Notes: a model not told the origin generated them from the sequence alone. DNA of 20,937 nt from an uncultured bacterium (GCA_964619725.1 CAZUFC010000059.1:1-20937), one strand, 5' to 3'; counted from the stretch's first letter, positions 7,503 through 17,806 are shown. A program made the numbers and translations.

Positions 7503-8480
7503 ATGTCGGAAATACTGTTGGGGGGCCAGGCAGTCCTTGAAGGCGTTATGATGAGATCGCCTCAATTGATGACCGTGGCCGTCCGAAAAGCGGATAAAAC
7601 TATTGCGGTTCACAGCGAGCCGATAGAGGAGATTCCCCGCAAATATGCGTTCATGAAGAAGCCTTTGTTGCGGGGAACTTATGCGCTTTATAAAGGATTA
7701 ACCCTTGGTTTTAAAGCTTTGCAGTTTTCTGCGGATGTAGCGATCGAGGAGGAAAACAACCAGGAGGAAAAGTCCGGCAGGTCCCGGGAAGCTGCTGATG
7801 TGAAAGACGAGGAAAACAGAGAATCCGGCTCATCGCCGGCATTATGGTTTTCACTGGTTCTGGCTATAGGCGCGGGGATACTTCTGTTTTTCATGTTGCC
7901 CTTGTATCTTACTCAACTTATCGGAGGATATTTTCATTCAGTCTTGGAAAGCTCCATACTATTCAACGCGGTGGATGGAATAATCCGTTTAGGACTTTTC
8001 ATCGGTTATTTAATCGTCATCTCGATGATGAAGGACATCAAACGGCTTTATCAATATCATGGAGCAGAGCATAAATCGGTATTTGCCTTTGAAGCGGGTG
8101 AGGAATTGACCGTAGAAAATTGCCGTTCCAAGAGCACGCTTCATCCACGTTGCGGTACCGGATTCTTATTGACCGTATTCGTCATTTCGATTCTGATTTT
8201 TTCTTTAATTCCCAAGGGCAGTCCGTTCTGGATAAAGGCAGGCATGCGGATCGTTCTTATTCCGTTTATCGCGGGCATATCTTTTGAACTGATCAAATGG
8301 GCATCCTCCCAAAAAGGTTCCAGAGCTTTCAGCGTATTGTTGCTGCCCGGACTGTGGCTGCAGAAGATAACGACCAGGGAGCCAAGCGACGACCAATTGG
8401 AAGTCGCCCTTACCGCGTTGAAAGAAACATTGGCTAAAGACCATGCTTCTGATACTCAAACCGTCCAACCGATAACTTGA
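7503..8480 (+). CDS. DUF1385 family membrane protein (putative metalloenzyme)
   Basis: GGQAVLEGVMMR, YHGAEHK, HPRCGT and LQKITTREP. Typical position between rpmE and prfA. Confidence 0.92.
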   Translation: MSEILLGGQAVLEGVMMRSPQLMTVAVRKADKTIAVHSEPIEEIPRKYAFMKKPLLRGTYALYKGLTLGFKALQFSADVAIEEENNQEEKSGRSREAADVKDEENRESGSSPALWFSLVLAIGAGILLFFMLPLYLTQLIGGYFHSVLESSILFNAVDGIIRLGLFIGYLIVISMMKDIKRLYQYHGAEHKSVFAFEAGEELTVENCRSKSTLHPRCGTGFLLTVFVISILIFSLIPKGSPFWIKAGMRIVLIPFIAGISFELIKWASSQKGSRAFSVLLLPGLWLQKITTREPSDDQLEVALTALKETLAKDHASDTQTVQPIT

Positions 8481-8495
8481 CTTAATTAAATAATC

Positions 8496-9611
8496 ATGGA
8501 TATTTTTAATAATCTCGAAAAGCTTGAACTGCAACATAAGGAAATTTCGGAGAAGCTTGCTGATCCGAAAGTGATCGCTGACATAAAAAAATATCAGAAG
8601 TATTCCAAAACTTTTGCGGAATTATCTGAGATAGTTGAAAAGTACAGGGAATTGAAGCAGGCGAAAAAGGAATTGAAGGGAACGAATGAACTGCTTCAGG
8701 CGAGCAATGAGGACCTGGAGATGCGCGAGATGGCGAGGCAGGAGCGAATAGTGCTGGAGGAGAAGATTGAGAAGCTGGAGAAGGATATCGGCCTGCTTTT
8801 ATTGCCGAAAGACCCGAATGATGAGAAGAATGTAATTCTTGAGATCAGAGCGGGAACGGGGGGCGAGGAAGCTGCGTTGTTTGCCGCTGATCTTTTCCGG
8901 ATGTATTCCCGATTTGTTGAATATAACAACTGGAAAATGGAAATTTTGAGTTCCAATCCTACGGATGTGGGTGGATTTAAGGAAATAATTGCGTTGATTG
9001 AGGGTAAGCGGGTTTACAGCATAATGAAATATGAAAGTGGAACGCATCGCGTTCAGCGAGTTCCGGAAACGGAAGCTTCCGGCCGCATACATACTTCGGC
9101 GGTCACCGTTGCGGTCCTCCCTGAAGCTGAAGAAGTGGACGTAGACATAGACCCCAACAGTCTGAAAGTTGACGTATTCCGTTCTTCAGGACCTGGAGGG
9201 CAAAGCGTTAATACGACGGACTCGGCTGTTCGCATAACGCATCTTCCGACAGGGTTGGTGGTAAGCTGCCAGGATGAGAAATCGCAACTGAAAAACAAAA
9301 ATAAAGCGATGAAAATACTGAGAGCACGGCTGCTGGATAAAGCGCGTTCGGAGCAGCAAAAGAAGATTTCTCAGGACAGGAAGAGTCAGGTAGGAACCGG
9401 AGACCGCAGCGCCAAAATCAGAACATATAATTTTCCGCAAAGCCGGGTAACCGATCACAGGATTAATCTTACTCTGTACAAACTGGAAAGCATATTAACG
9501 GGAGAATTGAACGAAATTACCGATGCGTTGCGGGCGCATTATGAGGCCGAGCGTTTAAAAGAAGCCATCCCTGATTATAACGTTGAAAAGAATCTGATAA
9601 AAAATGGCTGA
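8496..9611 (+). CDS. prfA: Peptide chain release factor 1
   Basis: [17 protein letters not shown] (PxT motif), GPGGQSVN and IRTYNFPQ. Confidence 0.99.
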   Translation: MDIFNNLEKLELQHKEISEKLADPKVIADIKKYQKYSKTFAELSEIVEKYRELKQAKKELKGTNELLQASNEDLEMREMARQERIVLEEKIEKLEKDIGLLLLPKDPNDEKNVILEIRAGTGGEEAALFAADLFRMYSRFVEYNNWKMEILSSNPTDVGGFKEIIALIEGKRVYSIMKYESGTHRVQRVPETEASGRIHTSAVTVAVLPEAEEVDVDIDPNSLKVDVFRSSGPGGQSVNTTDSAVRITHLPTGLVVSCQDEKSQLKNKNKAMKILRARLLDKARSEQQKKISQDRKSQVGTGDRSAKIRTYNFPQSRVTDHRINLTLYKLESILTGELNEITDALRAHYEAERLKEAIPDYNVEKNLIKNG

Positions 9612-10518
9612 AACTTGGACTGTCATTCGACTGCTTAGATGGACCACGGAATATTTTGAAAAAAAAGGCGCGGCTTCTCCCAGGCTTGATGCGGAGGTTC
9701 TTTTAGCAGATATATTGAATGTTTCTCGAATTACGCTTTATACTCAATGGAATAAGCCTGTCGTTCAGGAAGAGTTGGAGCGTTTTCGGGAACACGTCAA
9801 AAAGCGTGCGCAAAGCATTTGCATAGCGCATATTCTGGGCGAGAAAGAGTTTTTTTCGATACCTTTTAAGGTTTCCCCGGGAATATTCGTACCGAGGCCC
9901 GAAACGGAACATCTGGTAGAAGCGGGTCTTGACTATTTAAAAGAATACAGGGCGAATCATCCGCAGGAAACGATTCATGTTGCGGAGTTGGGCACGGGCA
10001 GCGGAAACGTGGCGGTCGCTCTGGCCCGTCAAACCGATGCGAATATCCGGATTCACGCCTGCGATAAGTCTGAAAAGGCGATAAATTTTGCGAAACAGAA
10101 CGCAGCAGCCGCAAAAGTACAGGACAGGATAATTTTCTATAAAGGAGACCTTTTTGATCCTTTTCCTGAAGAAATTTTTCCCCTCCGCCTTATACTGTCC
10201 AATCCGCCCTACATTCCAAGCGATGAAATTTCCCGGCTTGAACCGGAAATACGCAATCATGAACCTCTCGAAGCGCTTGATGGAGGAACAGACGGATTGA
10301 ATACCATTCGCAGAATCATAGAGGAGTCGGCGCAAAAACTGGCGCCGGGAGGTTTCCTGGGCATAGAAATAGGAAAAGGCCAGTACGTTGCAGTGAAAGA
10401 ATTTTTAAATTCCGTAAATTGCTTCAGGGAGCCCCAGTTCAGGGAAGACCTGGCCGGTATTCCCCGAATATTGGAAGTATGGAAAAATAGGACTTCGCCC
10501 TCTCAATCCGATCTCTGA
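9604..10518 (+). CDS. prmC: Release factor glutamine methyltransferase PrmC (HemK)
   Basis: [23 protein letters not shown] and ALDGG. Overlaps the end of prfA. Confidence 0.97.
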   Translation: MAETWTVIRLLRWTTEYFEKKGAASPRLDAEVLLADILNVSRITLYTQWNKPVVQEELERFREHVKKRAQSICIAHILGEKEFFSIPFKVSPGIFVPRPETEHLVEAGLDYLKEYRANHPQETIHVAELGTGSGNVAVALARQTDANIRIHACDKSEKAINFAKQNAAAAKVQDRIIFYKGDLFDPFPEEIFPLRLILSNPPYIPSDEISRLEPEIRNHEPLEALDGGTDGLNTIRRIIEESAQKLAPGGFLGIEIGKGQYVAVKEFLNSVNCFREPQFREDLAGIPRILEVWKNRTSPSQSDL

Positions 10519-10542
10519 CTCATTAAAATCGGGTTTGAATGA

Positions 10543-11460
10543 ATGCACACTGACCGAAAATTTCACATATCCGTCGTTATTCCGACCTTTAACCGGGAAA
10601 ATCTTCTCGCGAAATGCCTGGCCGCAATGCAGGAGCAAAATTACGATCCCGAAAAATTTGAAGTTTTAGTAGTGGAAGACGTAAGATCACCCGCCGGCAG
10701 CAACCTCGAAGAACGACTTCCCCGCGATGTCAGGCTCCCGCGGAATGTTCGTTTCCTTGAATCAAAGAAAAACGGGCCCGCAGCCGCAAGAAACGTAGGC
10801 TGGAATAAGGCTGCTAGCCCTATTGTGGCCTTTACGGATGACGATTGCCTGCCGCAACCTGACTGGCTGAATGAAATCGAACGTTCATTTCGGCGCCCTC
10901 AAAACAGCCTTGACGGCGAACCTGCCGGCTCCGGAGGCCCCATAGTGTCGGCCCCGGAATGCACTGACCTTTTCACCCACCAGGTTGAGCATGATCATCC
11001 TTATGGATTCCCCACATGTAACGTCGCCTATAAAAAGAACCGATTGCGAAAAGCAGGAGGATTCGATGAGTCCTTGTTCCCCAACGAAGATTGGGACATG
11101 GCTTTTCGCATCCAGAAATACGGCCGCATTAAATATAACCGCAAACAAATCGTCATTCATCCTCCCCGAACCTCCTCCTTCCTGCAAATGCTTACAAAAA
11201 ACAAATCACTCGAAACCGAATTCACACTCTATCAAAAAAATCCGGATGCCTATCGCTGCTCGGTTCAAAGACATCCTTTACGCGTTTTACTCTACCATCA
11301 AATGTTAGTGCAATTGGTGAAAAAAATACGAAAATCCAAGCCGTTTCTTTTCAAGAATCCGCCGGCCTTCATCAAGTTTATGGCGCTCCTTATTGCAGAA
11401 AGGATTTACTTGCTGATTCTGCTGCCTTCTTTCATCATACGGTCCGGCCGGCTCGGCTGA
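10543..11460 (+). CDS. Glycosyltransferase family 2
   Basis: ISVVIPTFNR, GPAAARNVG, FTDDDC (DxD) and GGFDE...EDWD. Confidence 0.92.
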   Translation: MHTDRKFHISVVIPTFNRENLLAKCLAAMQEQNYDPEKFEVLVVEDVRSPAGSNLEERLPRDVRLPRNVRFLESKKNGPAAARNVGWNKAASPIVAFTDDDCLPQPDWLNEIERSFRRPQNSLDGEPAGSGGPIVSAPECTDLFTHQVEHDHPYGFPTCNVAYKKNRLRKAGGFDESLFPNEDWDMAFRIQKYGRIKYNRKQIVIHPPRTSSFLQMLTKNKSLETEFTLYQKNPDAYRCSVQRHPLRVLLYHQMLVQLVKKIRKSKPFLFKNPPAFIKFMALLIAERIYLLILLPSFIIRSGRLG

Positions 11461-11486
11461 CCGCATCTTGCGATGGAGCGTGCGAT

Positions 11487-12602
11487 ATGCTGCGTATATG
11501 GATCGATGCACGAAGATACGAGTCGGGAATGTGGGTCTACCTGTCTCATCTGATAGATAAATTAAGCCTTCTCGATAAAACCAATCAATACGCTCTTATC
11601 GTAAACAGAAAGCATTATGATCTTTTTCCCGGTTTACCGGAAAATTTTCGTAAAATAAAGACTGTTTTTACGATTGAGAATCATGTTTTCGGGGAAATTT
11701 GGCGAAATGTTTTCCTTCCGCGGAAAATGGTCAGGGAGAAGGTGGATGTATTCCATGATCCGGGATATTTTTTGCCTTACAGCAATGGTAAATTCAAAAA
11801 AATCGTGACTTTTCACGACCTGGTCGCTTTCGTTCACAAAGAAACAAACAGCAGGAAATATTTCACTTATATGCGTGCTATTACACGTTTGTCGGCCAAA
11901 TTAGCCGATACGATCATCGCTGATTCTCAGCATACGAAAAATGACATTCTGAGGCTTCTGGACGTTCCGGAAGAACGGGTCAAGGTCATATACCTGGCAG
12001 CCGGCAGTAATTTTTTCCCGATTCGGGATGAGCAGTTAAAAACTGATTTCAAAAAGCGTTACGAGCTTCCTGAGCATTATATACTTAATATGGGTACTAT
12101 AGAACCCCGGAAAAACATTCCCAGACTGTTGGATGCCTTTCATCGTTTGAAGCTGAAATACGACATACCGCATAAGCTGGTCATAGGCGGTTCCTTCGGA
12201 TGGTTGTATAAACCGGTATTGCAAAAGATAAAGGATTTCAGATTATCGCAGGAAGTGGTCATGCCCGGATTCATCAAAAACGAAAATCTTAATTTGCTTT
12301 ATAATGCCGCAGAAGCATTCGTTTTTCCGTCGCTTTATGAAGGCTTCGGTCTGCCGCCTTTGGAAGCCATATCCTGTGGTATCCCCGTGGCTTCCTCAAA
12401 CACCTCCTGTCTTCCCGAAATTCTGGGAGACGGTGCGTTGTATTTCGATCCGTATGACGTAGGCGATATGTCCGAGGCGCTCTGGAAAATAATATCGAGT
12501 CCCTCGATCAGGGAAAAGCTGGAAGAAAAAGCCCTTCTGCAAGCCGCGAAATTTTCCTGGACGGAAACAGCCAGGCAAACGCTGGATATTTATCAAAGTT
12601 GA
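11487..12602 (+). CDS. Glycosyltransferase family 4 (GT-B)
   Basis: GTIEPRKN, FVFPSLYEGFGLPPLEA and FSW...A..TL. Confidence 0.94.
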   Translation: MLRIWIDARRYESGMWVYLSHLIDKLSLLDKTNQYALIVNRKHYDLFPGLPENFRKIKTVFTIENHVFGEIWRNVFLPRKMVREKVDVFHDPGYFLPYSNGKFKKIVTFHDLVAFVHKETNSRKYFTYMRAITRLSAKLADTIIADSQHTKNDILRLLDVPEERVKVIYLAAGSNFFPIRDEQLKTDFKKRYELPEHYILNMGTIEPRKNIPRLLDAFHRLKLKYDIPHKLVIGGSFGWLYKPVLQKIKDFRLSQEVVMPGFIKNENLNLLYNAAEAFVFPSLYEGFGLPPLEAISCGIPVASSNTSCLPEILGDGALYFDPYDVGDMSEALWKIISSPSIREKLEEKALLQAAKFSWTETARQTLDIYQS

Positions 12603-12648
12603 GGGTTTTCAGATAGTTCCGACGGCAGGGAGCCCGGAAAAAGGGAGA

Positions 12649-14379
12649 TTAGTGAGTGTATGCCGTTTTTTTGTATATCAGGCAGGCGGCGAACAGGATG
12701 ATGAATGCGACGAGAGAAGCTGCTCCCGATATGATTCTAAGCGTCGTCTGTCCAAAATAAAGCAGTAATTTTCCTTCTGTTTTTTTGTTAAACTCCACAA
12801 TCATTCTGCCGTAGTCGTCTCTTTCGGGCGTGAAAGACCTGCCGTTTATTTTTACTGTCCAGCCGGGAAATCCGTATACCTCGAAACGCAATACGGAACC
12901 CGGTTCAGCTTTAATGTCCATTGAAATGCTGTGAGTTTCCGTTTTCACGTATTCCATGTCGATTTTCCCGGAGATGACCGTAAATCTTTTTCCGGAGGGT
13001 TTCAGGGGACGGGCCCCTTTGGGCAGGTATTCATTTGCAGTAGTGGTTGTTTTACCTGAATAAAGCAGCTTGTCCAGGGTAAGATTCTTGTTCATCAAGG
13101 CTGACGAGACCACGCCGGTCCTATTCATGAACGGATGGTCTTGAATATAGGGTTTAGCTCCCGCTATAGCCGCGGCCGACAGCACCAGGGCTGCAATGAA
13201 TTTCACGGGAGCGCCGCTGTTTTTCGTTAACAGATGCACGAAAAATCCTCCCGCCAGAGCCGCGCCGAAGGCTGCCGAAGCGCAAAAACGCCATGGAAAC
13301 TGAAATAGGCTTATGAAAGGAATAAATTCATACAGGAAGCTGCTTTGCTCCAACGTTAAAAACAAGGATACCAGAACAAGAAGGACAATCCCTGCGGCGA
13401 GCAGTCGATTATTCTTCCTCCCGGCTACGATAAACAGCGAAATAAGCAGAAAAACAACGAAAACGCCGGCCTGAGAATAACCCAATTGAACGGGAAGTTT
13501 TGAAACTTCTTTTCCTTTTGAAAGAGCGAAAGCATCGAATTCCTGTATTATCCACTGTCGGGGCGTTAAAAAACTCTTTTCCCACTGATAAGGTCCTTCT
13601 ACGAGTCTGTGTAACTGCACCTGGTCTCTTTCAAAAATTGCCGGAATCCAGAAAAAGGCGCTCAGCGCAGGACCCAGCGACAAGATCAGTAGAACGCTTA
13701 CCGCCTGATTCTTGTAATTCATTTTTCCCGGACCGTCATAGAAAAGACCTAACAGCAGCAGAACAGGATAGAACATCAATGCCGTTACATTGTGGGCAAG
13801 CGTCAACAGCGCTCCCAGGGCAATACCGGCTATGAACTTTACGAAAGAAGGCCGGTAAAGGAATTCAACGATCAATGCCCCGCACCACACTGCGAGCGAC
13901 AGAGCTATCAGTTCAGGTCCGTTGCCCCGAATATAAGGACCAGCCAGAAAATAAGGAGTATAAACGAAAAAAATACCTGTAACGATACCGGCGGCAAATC
14001 CGAAAATCCGGTGCATGATATAACCGCTTCCCAATGCTGCAGCCAGAAAACAAAGTCCGTACAGCCATTGAACGGCTTGAGCGAATCCAAAACCCAGGAG
14101 TTTCAATATACCCATTGCATAATAAAACATCGGGGCATAAAAATGGAAAATAGGCATTCCATATCCTCCGGCGACATGGGCTGTCCACCGGGGAAATAAT
14201 CGTCCGTCCCTCAACGATGCATAATGGTCAAGACTCCGGTAAAGATGGTTGGATAAATCATGACCTCCGGGCACTCCATACGCAAACAAAGGCAAAAAAA
14301 AAGGAATGCAACCTGCCGCCGTCAACGCAAAAAATAAAAACGTATAAGCCCCGCGTGAATGTTCTGATTCTCTGCTCAT
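12649..14379 (-). CDS. Polytopic membrane protein, PTPS-related/YfhO-like (predicted GT-C glycosyltransferase)
   Basis: First loop GHD...H...FPRW...GGYGMPIFHFYAP, SAFFWIPA, FQFPWRF, and a FPGW C-terminal domain. More than 10 hydrophobic segments. Confidence 0.78.
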   Translation of the reverse strand: MSRESEHSRGAYTFLFFALTAAGCIPFFLPLFAYGVPGGHDLSNHLYRSLDHYASLRDGRLFPRWTAHVAGGYGMPIFHFYAPMFYYAMGILKLLGFGFAQAVQWLYGLCFLAAALGSGYIMHRIFGFAAGIVTGIFFVYTPYFLAGPYIRGNGPELIALSLAVWCGALIVEFLYRPSFVKFIAGIALGALLTLAHNVTALMFYPVLLLLGLFYDGPGKMNYKNQAVSVLLILSLGPALSAFFWIPAIFERDQVQLHRLVEGPYQWEKSFLTPRQWIIQEFDAFALSKGKEVSKLPVQLGYSQAGVFVVFLLISLFIVAGRKNNRLLAAGIVLLVLVSLFLTLEQSSFLYEFIPFISLFQFPWRFCASAAFGAALAGGFFVHLLTKNSGAPVKFIAALVLSAAAIAGAKPYIQDHPFMNRTGVVSSALMNKNLTLDKLLYSGKTTTTANEYLPKGARPLKPSGKRFTVISGKIDMEYVKTETHSISMDIKAEPGSVLRFEVYGFPGWTVKINGRSFTPERDDYGRMIVEFNKKTEGKLLLYFGQTTLRIISGAASLVAFIILFAACLIYKKTAYTH

Positions 14380-14566
14380 TTTACTGATGGCTGATTGTTG
14401 ATGCTTGACTCAATGCCCCGGCGCATGACGGGAGTCATTAAATGGGTCAACAATTAGTACGAATTTCCCCATTTTTTATCCTTGATGATCCCTGAAAGCC
14501 GAAAACATTGAAGGCTGGATAATTGTTGCTGAAAATCCGGTTATTCTGATCATCGCCATTGTATCC

Positions 14567-15364
14567 TTATTCTGCAGTGAGCTTGTCTATCGCTTCTGCC
14601 GCAACTTCTCGAACCGGATATTTCGCTGTTTCTTTCCCGTCTTGTTCCCTCGTTATCGCATAAGGGTCGTTTTCTTTTATTCGTTTCAGCGTCGGCAAAA
14701 CGGAAGGATCGCCCAGCGCCGCCAGCGCTTTTACGGCGCCTTTCCTTACGAATGATTCCTCGCTTTCGACTTTTTCCATAATCGCCTGTTTAAGTTGTAC
14801 AAGCTCTTCCTGAGGCAGTTCCGTTTGTTCCAGCAGAAGAACAACGGTTTTCAACGCTCCATACCATAATTCCTTGTTGACGCTTTTGTTTAAAGCTTCT
14901 GCGAGCGGAGACGCCGCTTCAGCGCCGAAAGTCGCTATAGCCTGCCGGACTTTTATTGATGAGTTTGAACCAGGTATCAATGCGGGAAGGACCGCTTTAT
15001 CCTTTATCTTGATCGCCGTGCTGAGAAGATTCAGATAATATTCTCCATACCCCTCATTCTGCAGCGGCTCAATGTCTTCCTGATACAAACGGCTTCTCCA
15101 CCATTGCTCGCGGCGATCGTTTTCTCTCTTCAATAACCCGATTAATGCCTCCTGCACATCTTCTCTTTCCGTTCTGTCCTTTAAAACTTCAAGCGCCTGA
15201 TCCCTTACGCGCCACTCTTCATGCCTTAACTGTCTCAACGCATCCTGTATACTTTCGCTATTCTCGCCCGACTTTATACCGGCCGAAGTTTGCGGCACAG
15301 AAACATACATTAGAGAAAATATGCATAAAATCAACGTTGTCGTCGCAATTTTAAATTTTTTCAT
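14567..15364 (-). CDS. Exported HEAT-repeat protein
   Basis: Signal peptide MKKFKI+hydrophobic+TSA. Repeats EEWRVRDQALEVL, SIKVRQAIATFG, ESFVRKGAVKALAALG and YPVREVAAEAIDKL. Confidence 0.8.
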   Translation of the reverse strand: MKKFKIATTTLILCIFSLMYVSVPQTSAGIKSGENSESIQDALRQLRHEEWRVRDQALEVLKDRTEREDVQEALIGLLKRENDRREQWWRSRLYQEDIEPLQNEGYGEYYLNLLSTAIKIKDKAVLPALIPGSNSSIKVRQAIATFGAEAASPLAEALNKSVNKELWYGALKTVVLLLEQTELPQEELVQLKQAIMEKVESEESFVRKGAVKALAALGDPSVLPTLKRIKENDPYAITREQDGKETAKYPVREVAAEAIDKLTAE

Positions 15365-15393
15365 TTTATTTCAGGACTCCTCATTAAAATTGT

Positions 15394-16293
15394 TTATCTC
15401 CAGTCAGCATGCACCCAAGTTCCGGTCATGCTGTAAGGTTCGACGTAAGTCGCTCCTTCATTCTCGCATTCGTCAGCCAGCATTTGCCAATCGGTCTGAT
15501 TCGTCTGGCCGTCATTATTAAAATCCTGTACCGCAAAATCGACGGCATCCCCGTACATATGTCTGCTGTTGGCGGCTCCGCCGATGTTTGCATTATGAAT
15601 CGGACTTCTGTACCCGCTGTTTACCGTCAACGGACACCCCATGGCCGTTCGAATGTTTTCGCAATGTTGCGCTATACTGAATATAGCCCACGAATAATCG
15701 CCGAAATTGATCTCATTGAATGAAAAATGTCCCGGATCGACATAACTGTTCGCATCAACGAACTCGCTTCGTGCCGGAATATGATTTTTGTCCATGTCGA
15801 TATATTCCTGACGACATTGATCCCGTTCATCCTGAATGACCGGAGCCGGAGTCGATTTTATCTCCACTCCGTTAACCGTTAAACTGGCCGTTATTCGATA
15901 ATTCAGCGGAAACCCCCTGCCGTCCGCATCATCCGGCGCCGTTACCTCCAGATTCACGTCGTCGCCCGTCTGATCATCATCCGGATTGCCGCTGTCCCCT
16001 TCCTGGTCCGGATCATCCTCTATTTCCCATTCTATCTGGTCGTTATAATCGCCGTCCAGTTGATCCGGTTTTATATCCGCCGTGCAATGTATTTGATTTT
16101 CTCCATCTTCCGTCGTGAAAGAAACATCGTCATTCGGCAGCTCCGTCTCCTCAATCCTTATCGTTACCAGCGCTCCGTCAATGGATTTCGATGTCGCTGC
16201 GAACAATCTTAATCCAGCTAAAGCGAATCCCATCGAAACCGTCAATACCGCTACCCAGAAAACGAATTTTCTATTACTCCGTCGATTTTGCAT
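15394..16293 (-). CDS. Exported Zn peptidase, M15A (D-Ala-D-Ala carboxypeptidase-like) C-terminal domain with acidic N-terminal domain
   Basis: N-terminal signal/TM segment, VNSGYRSPIHNANIGGAANSRHMYGDAVD (HxxxxxxD) and terminal WVHAD. Confidence 0.87.
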   Translation of the reverse strand: MQNRRSNRKFVFWVAVLTVSMGFALAGLRLFAATSKSIDGALVTIRIEETELPNDDVSFTTEDGENQIHCTADIKPDQLDGDYNDQIEWEIEDDPDQEGDSGNPDDDQTGDDVNLEVTAPDDADGRGFPLNYRITASLTVNGVEIKSTPAPVIQDERDQCRQEYIDMDKNHIPARSEFVDANSYVDPGHFSFNEINFGDYSWAIFSIAQHCENIRTAMGCPLTVNSGYRSPIHNANIGGAANSRHMYGDAVDFAVQDFNNDGQTNQTDWQMLADECENEGATYVEPYSMTGTWVHADWR

Positions 16294-16408
16294 CTTCCCC
16301 TCTTACTTCCTTGAAGGCATTGTAATTTTTGATTTTTGTCGCTCAGCATTCTTTGGAACCTGCTGAAACCTTTCTGACGTAATAAAAATTGACCGACATT
16401 ATCAAAGA

Positions 16409-16437
16409 AATCTATCTGAAGCTAAAAATAAAGTCAA
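16409..16437 (-). promoter_or_regulatory. Sigma70-type promoter for the peptidase-HEAT cassette
   Basis: TTGACT-17 nt-TAGATT. Confidence 0.55.
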
Positions 16438-16506
16438 CTCAATAACGCGTGTTACGCTCGACCTTTCTGCAACAAACGGCGGGTCCTGAAAACATGACGG
16501 AATCCC

Positions 16507-16536
16507 TTGACAGCTTAGCCGTTAAAGTCATATTTT
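16507..16536 (+). promoter_or_regulatory. Sigma70-type promoter of pgk
   Basis: TTGACA followed by CATATT (16 nt spacer) or TATTTT (18 nt spacer). Confidence 0.5.
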
Positions 16537-16617
16537 GTGTTGATGACGATTATGGGGTCAGCACGACATTTTGTTTTTAACTGCAAGTGATTGCACAAAA
16601 AGAAAGGACGCTTAATC

Positions 16618-17796
16618 ATGCAGAAAGGAATTGATGAATTAAATATCAGAGAAAAAATAATGTTTGTCCGTGTGGATTTTAACGTTCCGCTCAAAAACGG
16701 GGTCATCACGGACGATGCCCGCATAAAAGCGGCTCTTCCCACTATAGAATATGCCGTCGACAATCGGGCTCGCACGATACTGGCGTCGCACCTGGGCCGT
16801 CCCAAAGGCGCCGAGGACCCAGCGTTGAGCCTCAAACCCGTTGCCGAACATCTTAATACGTTAATCAAAGCCCCGGTGCATTTCGTTGATGATTGCACAG
16901 GCGAGTCGGTCAATAGAGCCGTAAATTCCTTAAAACCCGGCGAAGTCCTGTTGCTGGAAAACCTTCGTTTTCATCCGGGAGAAAAGAAAAACGACGAGCA
17001 GTTCGCTAAGGCTCTGGCGCGACACGTAGAAGTTTACGTTAATGACGCTTTCGGCTCCTCTCATCGCGCTCATGCTTCCATTGTCGGGGTCCCCAGCCTG
17101 GTTGATCAGAAGGGAATAGGATTCCTTATGAAAAAGGAAGTGAAATTCCTGTCTCCCCTGCTGGAATCGCCGGAAAAACCTTTCGCCGCTGTACTGGGGG
17201 GCGCGAAAGTATCCGACAAAATAGGCGTCATAAAGAATTTGCTGAAAAGAGTCGATGCCATTTTAATCGGAGGCGGCATGGCTTTTACCTTTCTCAAAGC
17301 CAAGGGTTATGAGGTCGGTACGTCTCTCTGTGAAGAAGAAAAGCTGGATACGGCAAAAGAAATAATGGAAGAAGCTGAAAAGAAAAACGTTAAATTGCTT
17401 TTTCCCGAAGACGTCATAGTCGCCGGGCAAGCCGAAGAAAATGTTGATGCCGAAACCGTCTCCGTTTCCGAAATTCCTTCCGATAAAATGGGATTGGACA
17501 TCGGACCCAAAACAATAAAAATGTTTGAAGAGGAAATCAAAAACGTTAAAACGGTTTTTTGGAACGGCCCTATGGGCGTTTTTGAACTGGAACGTTTTCA
17601 GAATGGGACTTTCGCCGTTGCCAGGGCTGTGGCAGATTATGTGAAAGTCTCGGTTATCGGCGGAGGCGACAGCGCTTCAGCAGCAAAGGTCGCAGGCATC
17701 GCCGATAAAATTTCTCATATATCCACCGGCGGCGGCGCTTCGCTCGAATTCATGGAAGGCATTTCTCTTCCAGGGATTCAGGCTGTCGACGTTTAA
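16618..17796 (+). CDS. pgk: Phosphoglycerate kinase
   Basis: [40 protein letters not shown] and [17 protein letters not shown] before ATG 16618. Confidence 0.99.
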   Translation: MQKGIDELNIREKIMFVRVDFNVPLKNGVITDDARIKAALPTIEYAVDNRARTILASHLGRPKGAEDPALSLKPVAEHLNTLIKAPVHFVDDCTGESVNRAVNSLKPGEVLLLENLRFHPGEKKNDEQFAKALARHVEVYVNDAFGSSHRAHASIVGVPSLVDQKGIGFLMKKEVKFLSPLLESPEKPFAAVLGGAKVSDKIGVIKNLLKRVDAILIGGGMAFTFLKAKGYEVGTSLCEEEKLDTAKEIMEEAEKKNVKLLFPEDVIVAGQAEENVDAETVSVSEIPSDKMGLDIGPKTIKMFEEEIKNVKTVFWNGPMGVFELERFQNGTFAVARAVADYVKVSVIGGGDSASAAKVAGIADKISHISTGGGASLEFMEGISLPGIQAVDV

Positions 17797-17806
17797 TTCG
17801 GTAAAT

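Noticed and set aside
12617-12643. Intrinsic terminator between the convergent GT4 and GT-C genes
   Set aside because: The stem TTCCG..GGC/GCC..CGGAA is interrupted and has no downstream U-tract on either strand.
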